Shown one piece after another: positions 1 to 11,200 of a stretch of 64,000 nucleotides of DNA. The notes beneath the pieces are model-generated. The model made no database searches, was not told where the DNA came from, and worked only from the letters and a program-made list of their open reading frames with translations. The DNA is taken from assembly GCA_965202585.1 (NCBI GenBank), contig OZ241834.1, forward strand, positions 31,558,001-31,622,000, in the 5' to 3' direction. Each line of letters begins with the position of its first letter. Positions within the stretch are counted from its first letter, which is position 1. The DNA comes from Thalia democratica. Its lineage: Eukaryota. A program made the translations under genes and the position numbers.

Positions 1-1855
1 TTATGTTTTTAGTATAAACTTGAACATTTCAGTATAAAATTAAGCTTTTTCTGGGTTTGTTTTTGGAAATAATCTTTATTTTGTAATAAATTTTATTTAA
101 TTATTTTACACCTGCATATTTTCTTTATTTAATTTTTTTTTACAGATCAAACAGTTTCTCATACTAAAAACACATAAATTTATATTTATTTTTAGCTTTT
201 TTGTCTAGTCAAAGGGAAATATTTAACTTCAATTAAGGCAAGTTTTCTTACTGAAGCATTTAATAACTTATTTCTGTCAAAATATTTTTTTATTCTATAG
301 TTTAAACAAAGTAATTAAAACTATAAAAATAAAGTTTGGTTATAAAACTTACTAAAATTACTTTGAAAGTTTTCTAAACTTTGAGCTGAGAAAATATAAA
401 ACTTTTTCATATCAAAAATAAAAAATACACTATAAACATATTATTTTTCAAAGTATATTTTTGCTTCTTTTTTAAGTTTATAAAACGGAATTTTAAAACT
501 GTTCTGTTAAATTTGTATGAATATTTTTTTTTAAACTAAATCTAAAAATGTGAGTCAGTTAGTACAACTGCATAAGTTTTAAAGTATGTGTAACTTACAG
601 TTTTTAAACAGGTACTACTACTGAGATGTTACAAATTTGTTAGTAAAGTTAACTAACGACAACTTAAAAATACTAAAGTTAAAATTTATTTTGTCAACGT
701 TTATCATTTGGTGAATTTATTTAAACGATAATCTTGAACAAACTTTGATTACAAAAAATCAATTTGAAAACTTTAATTTTTTTTTTACAGTAGTTCTAGC
801 ACACTTATCTCATATTCATTAAAGATCTACAACATCTGATTATTAACCTTTTGATAAACTTTAATCCCAGAACAAAATCAATCATTGCAGCAATGGAAAA
901 TATACAACTGCCACTCTTTCATATAAAAAACTAATCTTATTATTCATAAAACAGTCTATGAGTTTGGTTAAGATTAAGCAACCATGTGGCAAACTAGTGA
1001 TTTTTAAACATTAAATTTATTTCACGTTTATTAATTATTCAACGTAACTTGCTTGATTAAATTTTTTATTGCAAAGTAAAGAATCTACATAATTTTATAA
1101 TAAGACACAAGCTCCGGATTATATCAATAAAACAAAAAATTTCGCAAAATATGAGTAAGAACATTTGTTTGTTAATCTATTTCAAGCAGTAACTAAATTT
1201 TTATAGTTTTAATTAATTTGTAAAGTTAATTAGTACAATTAAGCTATGTTTAATCTAAATACTTATCTTGTTTCCATTTACTACTTATTGATAAACCAAT
1301 TGGCTGAATTAATTGTTGACGAAAATAACAAATGTAACAAATACTTCACTTGGTATTAATATAACCCTAAAATGAATGCTTAAAAACTTTTATTTTTATT
1401 TTTGCTTTTTCAAATTTATACCTTGATTTGCAAAAAACACTATGATGTTACAATTTATTAAAACTTTACTTGAATAGCAACCAAAAATGTGTTTTTTTCA
1501 TCCGTTGTAATTTCACTTTGTAACACTTCAAACTAAGTAACAATAGATGGAAGTATTTTCAAAGAAAAATTCAAACATGACAATTTACTTTGTTCATTGA
1601 AGTTTTTCATGAGGTGGAATCAGTTTACTCGAGATTACACAATAAAAAAACTAAACATTAAAAAACCCCAATCAGCAGTGCTTGGCTTGCGTCCTCAAAA
1701 GTGAACTGTTTCAAACATCAAATATTTCAAACCCATTCTCACACAAGTGCGCCTAAACACAGAGAGACACATTTCAAAGAGGCAGCCCTCAATTAGCATT
1801 GGAACGCAAAAACTATTGAAAGCTTCCATTTTGTAAACCACACAGTGACAATAGA

Positions 1856-2055
1856 CTATTGACAAAATGAAAAATGTTTGAAAGTTTCGCGCGAGCACGC
1901 CACATGAATCCAGTTGAAAAAATACAAATTGAAAAACTCAATTGTCGCTTTTGAGGGAAAAAATGTTGAGCACTTCAAACGGTTGGGGAATTGAAATTTG
2001 TCAAGGCTCGTTTTTTTTTGAAAAGCAAGAGCGACTTTTGTTGGTCGTTCTAGAT
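1856..2055 (-). CDS. Candidate alternative terminal exon of the OBI1-like gene (DLERPTKVALAFQKK...FCQ*)
   Basis: Acceptor ctcactccag| at 2056, open for 66 codons in the phase (1) left by a TCAG|GTTTGT donor at 2303/2302. The translation is Phe-rich and UTR-like, so it may simply be 3' UTR. Confidence 0.3.
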
Positions 2056-2291
2056 CTGGAGTGAGTATATTTCAGAAAACAAAATTTTTACCGTCCAAGG
2101 TGCAGCATTAAACTAACCTTTTGTTTTACATTAATCAAAATATGTCTTCTTACACCAATGATTCTTTTAAACACAGATAAATAAATAAACATAAGCTTTA
2201 TCAGAATTAATACAACTAAATCTAAAGACATAATGATCGTGCTTAAAACAAGGTTTGCAAAAAAAATATAATTTTTGATTTTTTTCAACAT

Positions 2292-5200
2292 TCAAAACAA
2301 ACCTGATCTTTTGATCACGTGACTTTTCACGGAGCTCGATGCCGGGGTGCCGGGTTGTTGCTGTTGGCAACCGGGTCCCGAGATGATGTTTCCGTTGCTG
2401 AGGATGGTCGGGGTGGTCGTCCCGAACATTCTCCTGACGTGGGGGGTCGGCGTGCCCCTGCGGTCGTTGATTATGACGTCATCGGGAGAAACTAGGTTGT
2501 ACGGGCTCTTGCAACTTTGATATATATTGAAAATTTTTCATAACTTTCTACTTTATTACGTTTTTAAAATTAGCTTAAACGAATGCTTGTCTTTAATAAA
2601 TTAATTTATTTTGATAGTTTATTTTTATTATATTAAATATTACATTAGATTATATATATTATATTATATTTAATATTTTACTCAACTTGGGTATCTTATT
2701 TTTAACATCAACTAACTAAATCAAAATTTACCAAAGTTTTGGGACATGAGGGAGATAAACTATTTTTTTATAAGTTAGTATTATTTTCATAATAATAATT
2801 AAGTTACCAACTGCGTTTACATCTTTATAAATTCAAAGTAAATTTTGAGGTATGAGCAATCAAAAATGCTAAGCTTAATAGGTTCCTATGGAAAAAGGGC
2901 AAGCTAAAAATGCAAAAAAAAACTTTTTAAATAGAGAATATTTTCTGAGGAAGAAGAAAAGATGAATTTTCTTTCTTTTTTTAATCGTAGAGTCTTTATT
3001 TTTAATTTTAAAAAGTTTTTGGAGAAACTGTTGTTAAATCTGCAAAAACATTTCCTGGAAACTCGAGGTAAAACGTGGGAGGAGATAAACTTACAATTAA
3101 CAGAAAATAGGACACAACAGTTTTCGCTCCCACACGTTCGCATTGGAGACTTTTTACGAAACTGACTATTGCTCAAAAAGTCTAATCATTTTTTATATAA
3201 TCAAAATATCTTCTGGTATGAACTTGCAACTTTAAAATAAGGAACAACGCTAGTTTTTTGTATAAAAAGCGTTGGAACCCTTAAAGTTTATAAACTAGTT
3301 TACATATTACAAATTATACTAAAAATTTAAACCAGTGCTGTAATATTCTAAACGTATGTGTTTTCCATGATTAGGTACACAGGAAAAAATTACATGTTAG
3401 TAAATAGTTTTAACGAATCTTAAAACTCACACAAGCTTTCCCTTGACAATCGGCGAAGATGTCGGGCTTTTAACCTTGCTTTTTCTCGTGTTCGTTGTTG
3501 ATTTCTTCCTACCTCTGCCCCTACCAGCGGGCTTGTTCGCCGCTGTGGATTTGGAATTTCTGAAAGTTATTTGAAATTTAACAATTTACCTTACTTTAAT
3601 TAAGGTACTTAACTTAAAACTACTGTTTTTTTTTACTAGGTTGTATACTTGATATGGAAATTAAAAGTTTTTGAAGACTTGGCATTACCAAAAAAATTAA
3701 AAGAATATATAATTCATCTACATTTAAATTTTATCATTTAGGTAAAAAAAACTTTTAGTTACTAGAAATGTCTAACGTTTGAGTTTCAAAAAATATTAAC
3801 TATGTTTTGTTTATGTTTACTGACATTAGGAGTTTTTCCTAATGTCAGTACTGTAAGTTTTACTGAAGACTCCTGAAAAATTCAACGTATTCAAGATATA
3901 AAACTTAGAAGCATCTTAAATATCTAAAATATTGTTAAAATAAAAGTTATTCCATGTCAACACATTTTGAAATCTAACATTATCTGCACAACATTCAATT
4001 ACTTACTTCTTATTAAATATACTTTTTATCATTATTTCTAGTTTATCAATAAAAAAAGCAACTTTATGTCGAAACATTCCAAGTTGTTTGCATTCAAGTT
4101 GTAAAACTTTACAAGCGGCTTATTTGAAGGTCAATTTTTACAGCCAGCGTGGAATGTTTGAGTTACTATAAATCTTGATTTATCAACAGCCAATATTAGT
4201 TTGACACAAGCTTAAAGGGAATAAAGTTCATTGTTGATATAATTTAGTTTGTTATATTCCAAATAAAATAAAGGATAAATCGAAAATAAAATGGAACGCA
4301 TTCACTTGGTAGTTGGGAATGCTGTATAGAATTTTCTTAATTTATCAGCACAACCTTTAATAGCGTTAACCAGTTTCATATTAGCTTATTACAAGATTTA
4401 AAGAAATAAAATTTATTCTGGCTGAAATTTTCTGTTTTATTAAAAAAACAGATATATATATAAAATAACATGGAAAAGGTTCACTTGGTTTTATTGTGTT
4501 TTGGTGTAACAATGTGTTATACGTAAATTTCTGAACTTAACATTCTACTTTTTAAAACACTTCCAACTTTGTTCTTGTTTACATAATAAACAAGATTGAT
4601 GATTCATAACTAAATTCCTCTTTTATCACTTCTAATACAATACAACCTTAAGTTTGAACAAACTTTTAGCAAACATTTAACTTTGTATAAGTGCATAATA
4701 TTCTAACATAGAAAGATTCAAAAATCATAAAACTCTATTTCCTCTTTTATAACACATTTTTTCTACTTCAAAGTTTTTAATATTTTTCAGAATTAGTCTT
4801 TAAGTAAGTTTTATCAGATTTTTCTCACTTAAACAGTAATTTTTACAACAACAATTCAACAAATTTTTTGTATGGCTGAAAACGGGATATTTTTACAGAA
4901 TCGTAACATTAAAAAACTATAATACTCTAACACTAACTTTACAGCTGAAATTTGCAAATAAATTTTCTACTTTATTATACTTCATCCAAATAATAACTTT
5001 TACAACAACTATTCAACAAACTTTTTGTAAGGTTGAAAACGCGAATTTTTCACAGAATCGTAACATTAAAAAACTATAATACTCTAACACTAACTATACA
5101 GCTGAAACTTGCAAATAAATGTTCTACTTTATTATATTTCATCTAAATAACTACTTTTATAATAGATCAACAAACTTTTTGTAAGGTTGAAAACGCGAAT

Positions 5201-8200
5201 TTTTCACAGAATCCACGCTCAGACGACAGTTGAACTCTGATTTTATGGAGATGTTCGACGTGGTTGGCTCGTCATTTGACGGGTAGTCGTCGAATCCTGA
5301 AAAAGTTATCACAATTTATAATAAGTACCTCCAGATCAGGGTTTCCCAAACAGGGCCAAGTGGCCTCCTTGGGGGCAATTACAAAAATTTAGGAGGCCAT
5401 AAACAGCAAAGGTCACAGGGGGGCCATGAGGTCATAGATAGAAACCTACACTGGATATTCTGGAATTGATGATGAAGAGCAAAAAAAGGTCTTTGGCGTT
5501 TTTAATGGTCGTTTTTTGAGAACTCTTTTTGGAAGGGGCCATAACTTTTATAATTTCTTAAAGGGGGCCTTTTAAAAAAAGTTAATGTAAACTTCAATTC
5601 TTTGGTAAACCACAGTATATTATTGTTATACCAAACTTTAATACTTCAATGAAAGTATTTTTTTATTCTCGAGTATTGAATTGAATTGAATAAAAGCACT
5701 TTTATCCATAAAAATATTCATGGTGGAATCATTAAGATACTTAAGCAATAGCTAATAATCCTCAGGCAGGTTAAACCCTAACGTTTTCTAGCTTTATAAC
5801 TTTAAGCTACAACCAAACACCAAAGGTTTTGTAGCGCACTTATTCATGATTTATTAAAATCAACTATCAGGAGTATTTTAATTTTTATGTACAAACAGTA
5901 AACAAACGAGCCAACCATCAAAGAGTTTCATATATAATTAACACTCATTCCTCAACTTCACGGCAACAGTCCTGCGGTCTTGCGTTATTTTTTGCACATT
6001 AAAAGCTAGCCAGCACAAGTTTATTAGCAACTTGCATTTTAAACAAGCTTTTTAAAGTTTAACTTGAACCGACCATCAACGGGTTTAGCGGAGAAAAAAT
6101 TTGTTTTAAAATAATCAAAGTTTAAAAGGTAACTGTTCATTCAACTAACAACAAAATCAAAACCGACCGTCAGCGGGTTTAACGGTTGAGAATTTATTTA
6201 GTTTGAAAAGATTAATGTTTAAATGTTAACTATTTATTTACAAATAACAAAAATTAATCAAACAGCTGGCCACAGGGTTACCACTCGCTTTTTCAAAATT
6301 TTTTCCAGGTTTTCCAAATTTCTTCCAGGTGTTTAAAAGTAAACATTTTTGGGTCTATTTTTAGTTTAAAGTTAAGTTTAAGATATGAAACTGTGCTAAC
6401 TAGTATAAAAAATTAAAAAGATACTGTAAAGCTACTTTAAATATGTTTTTTAATAAAAAACGTTTTTGATGATGACAAAAAAAATTTATTTATATGATAG
6501 ATTCTTTGAGTCAAATTGAAATTTTACTACTGAACATGTGAAATTTGTTAAAATTCCAGGTTTTTCCAGTTTTTTTAAGTGATTTTGTTTAAAGTTCCAG
6601 CTTTTTTCAGGTTATATTCAAAATTTCTCAAATTCCAGGATTTTCCATGTTTTTTTTGCCTGAATTGCCAAATTCCAGGTTTTTCTAGGTTTCCAGGTAA
6701 AGTGGCAACCCTGTGGCCAGCATAACTTGTGTACTTAAAATACAATCAAAACCAACCGTCGACGGGTTTGATGGTCGAGAAGAGGTTGGACTGCAGCAGG
6801 AACGTCTTGCTGGGAGCCGACTTGGGCCGGTTGCTGAACAGCTTCTGCTCCTCCACCGACAGCCTCGACATCGTGATGCGGCTCGAACCCGCGTTTATCG
6901 TCGTTTTCGTGGGCACTTTGTGAATTTATGATTATCAATACAAAATAAATTGCATACTTGTTAACTTGTTACAGTTTGTGTATTAACAAAAATCACAGGC
7001 ATGGTTTGCACTGTGTGAAAATAATATAGGTGTATAATAAGTCGTTGCTACTTGTATTAAAGTAGAAAGCAAAAAAATTTATTTAAAAAATAAATTGATT
7101 TTTATCAGCACTATTTTAAAATAAACCGTACACCGTTAACTTGTTGATGTTAAAATATTCATAAGCATAACTTTGCATTTTTTTATGTGACTAAAAATCT
7201 TTGGGTTTGTTACAAATACCAAGTGCTAGAGATGAGGACATGTGAAAATTTATATGTTTGAGATTAAAACAATTTTTTTTTGGTCAGTAAGTTAGCAATC
7301 CATAAGAAAGGACATACTCTGCTGGTATTATAAACATGGATATATTGTGCTTAAAGGTCCTTGTTTGTAAATACGTTTATTGTGCGGCAATTTGTGAAAA
7401 TTATGCAAGTATATATTAACTTGTTGCTACTTGTATGAAAACAGTAAACAAAATCATACTTTTGTACAACGTTTTGATTTTCTTTTAAACAAACTTCAGA
7501 TTTTATTACAAATACTAAATACTAGATATTGACTCACATATGCAATCAAACATAAAATGCAAACTGTTCGATATGTAACATTTTCGAAGTATCGTGCTAA
7601 ATACCTCATTTTTCAACATTAAATAGTAAAGTTTTCAATCAATTAGAACTTTATAAGAAAGTATACGTTTTGCTTGTATTTTGTGATACACTTGATGTTT
7701 GAAGGTTCTCTTTGAAAAATCGTTTGTTGCGTTTTTATGGTCAGTTTATAAAATATTAACAATCTGATAATAGGTTTTTATAAAATTTGGATAAAAATAG
7801 GTAGTTTTTAATAAAACAAATGGAGAAATAAACCAACTTGTTTTGTGTTGCATTCTATTCAAGAAATCTTATTAAGCTTTTTTTAATTTCATTTGTTTAG
7901 AATTTATAAATAAATGTTATCTGTATTTTTAGAATTTTTGTTTTTATCTGTGAACAAAAGAGTTATTGTTACTTATGAGGTATTTAATCAGTAGTCGTTT
8001 AACATTAATTTGTTGAAGTATTTTGAATCTCTTATATTTTTTTCAAGAGTTTACTTTTACACTTTGACGGAAACAAAAGACTTTAAATACACTACCTTAC
8101 ACACTAATTTGCATTATAATTCTTATTAGCTTTGCAAAAGCAGCAAGGCTGCAAAGCTTGAACGTTATCGCATGACTACAACGAGTGTATTCATATCCAA

Positions 8201-11200
8201 AAAGTGTATGAAAACAATTTTTTTTATCAAGTTGTACTGCCGTTTCAAGTCTTTGAACAGTTCACAACTCGCAATATTGTGTTGACCACGCCACTGATAC
8301 GACAGTTTGTTGTCATTATTTCGGGTGGTATCATAATGTTAATATTAAATATTTTATTTATTTAACTTAAATCTTACCTGGGTGGGGCTTCGGGTAGTTT
8401 GAAAACAACACGTCGTTGTTGAGCGCTCCTGAAAATGAATAACACATTTGCATTGTACACTTTAAATTGAAATTCAGTTTGAGTTAAGCTTAACTTTTTA
8501 TAACCCCCTATGCCCTTAACTTTTAAATAAAACTTTTAAACTCTTACACAAAAAAAAACTTGCCTTTTAATTTAACCCACAACAAATCTTTAACAACTCG
8601 AATAATAAAAAAAATGTAAACCTAAGCTGACCTTTAAACTCATCACTAAGAACAAAAGTCAGAAGACTCGCAACACGAGCAAAACTTCTTAACAACATTT
8701 TAACACTATAAAATTTAATAAATAAAACCCAGCATTGCTAGAATATTATATATTCAAACGTAAAAAACGCACTCTGACAGTCGATCTCGTCTATTGCCAG
8801 GGACGAGCACCTGCCCGACTTGACGTGCAAGCTGTTGATCTCGCTGTTGATGGTGGAAGACGAACTGGGCTCTATGAGGTCCTCCAGTGGCGGGGAGTTC
8901 CTCACTATCTCCTCGAACTTGCGCATCAGCGACTGCTGCTCCTCCGTGTTGAAGCTGGAGGAGTACATCTGGGAGGGGTCGTACGAGGAGGAGCAGGGCG
9001 GCGGCGGCTGGATGGTTTCCTCGTCCAGGGGAAACACCAGATCCGATCTTTTTTTTTTTTTTTGTTATCAAAAATGCAACGTTACGTTGATTACAAACTT
9101 GTACGAAATTTTTTAAAACAGCAAACAAAACTTGTTTTTGTGTTTAATTTTTCTTAGAGCATAAAGGAGATTTTTACATTAAAATTTCCTTTCGAAAAGA
9201 AGAGGTTCACATTGTGTGTTGTGCCACATTTTACACTTGACAAAATTTATCTTATCAAAACTCACGATTGCTTTTGCGCAAGAGGAACGGAGGTCGAAGT
9301 GATCTGCTCGGCTTTCCTCAGCCCGTTGCGCGGTATGATGACTTTCACCATTTTCTCCTTCACCTCGGTCTTGATGGGGTTGACTTTAAAAAAATAGACA
9401 CTTGATCGTACCATGCATATTTACTAACGTTGTGTAATTTAAATTATAATTGCAACTTGTTTTAAACAACAAACAAAAGTTCTTTGACGGATCAATTTAG
9501 CATTCCTTTTGAGTTGTAGGTACTATTTATTGCTATTTTTTAAGATACAAATACTTGTGCTGTAAGGCATCAAATATATTTTTTAGTTAACTCGAAATTT
9601 ACTAAACTATATATTTCGTACACAAAAAGATAATATTTTGCGCTGTTGTGATTATCAACAATCAAAACAGTTGTACGAGTCTGTATTTTACATTTTTTGG
9701 AAAAATGGTTTTAAAAATTATTTGTAAGTTCGAGCAAATAAATGAAAAGCTTAACTTTGCTCCCCATCATAATTCGCAGTACGTTTAAATTCGATGCATA
9801 AAATTTTGAAGCCATTCAACAAAACTGACAAAACACGCTTTTGTGAAAAGCTTGAGGGTAATAATATTTTTAGGTTCCTAAATTAGCTTTGACGCGTGGC
9901 AATTTTGTTTTTTGTTGGCTTTTTTATGAGCACTGAAAAGTACTGAACGGTTAAAAACTTCATACATTTTTATTTTTCACAAGTACTGCAAAGCGCTCAC
10001 TGGTCAGAAACTTTTTGCCGGCCGGGAAAGAAACGAAGCTTTTCTTCTTCTTGTCCGGAGACGGGGTGGCCTTGTCGAACAGCAGCCTCTTGCACGCCGA
10101 AGGGTTCTGCACTTGGTCTTGCTTCACCTGAAGAAAAAAAAAAATTTAAATAATTTGATTAAAAAGATTTGACAGTTTTGAAGTTTCTGGTTGTGCTCAA
10201 AGGTTTAAAAACCTTAGAAATGTAACTTTCTGTACAAAATATTACAACTTATTTCTTTTAAATCTAATTTTTTATTTTATATAAAACTTCAAAAAAAACA
10301 TACAAAAGCTTATAAAACACTTGTAAACTACATACTCCGAGCTTCTGCGTTAATCTACCGTGTAAAAATTAAGTAACGAACCTCAACGAGAGTGGGAAAT
10401 ATTTCCTTCGAGGTCTTCCTCGCCCTGGGCTCGATCTTCACCGGGTTCTTGTCGCTTTCGGGAGATCCCCCCATCCCTACGACTTGCGCTCTCAACGCTC
10501 GGACTTCCCCTTCCAGCTTGGTGGTGTACTCGTCGGACTTCTTGAAGGCGTTCCTCAGCTGCTCGGACTCCTTCTGCGCCGACTTGAGCTGCGCCTCCAT
10601 CGTGGCCACGTAAGCGCGGCTCATCCTGTGTTTGAAAAACGCGTTAATTTTCAAAGTTGTTAAGGGAATAGGGGGGTGGTGACTTTTTTTTACAGTTTAG
10701 TCTTCTTTCATTGAGTTTTAACCAGGATGCAAGTTGCATTTTACAGTTTTTTTAAACTCAAAATAACTTTTAAATATAGCCGGTCGAAGTCAGAGACTAC
10801 AACAGGATTCTTATGGCAGGATAATTAGTTTTTTAATTTAGAACTATAAAAAAACAGGTTAGTCGTTCAAGCAAAAATGTATTTTTTCAACCAAAGACAA
10901 GTTAAACAACTTCGGACTTTGCGTTTATTCATGATAAAAAACAACTTTCAACTTTCAGACTTTTTTTTGCTCTCTCGCAGCAAGAATTGGAATTAAAAGT
11001 TGAAAGAGCAGACCTAATTCACGTCTTGCAAAATAACATACTTATGAATTTATTCTTTCAACAATTTATTTTACAAACCAAGTTTCAGTTAAAGACCTCG
11101 TCGGTGCTTAAATAAATCTTATTCAATATATTTGAATCTCCTCCAGTAGTTGAGATCTCTTTTTATTTGTTTTCTTAAAACCAAAACTTACAATAATATA

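Noticed and set aside
11097-11106. 10-nt micro-exon candidate CACCGACGAG in OBI1
   Set aside because: It shifts the frame of the conserved coiled-coil exon 10625.
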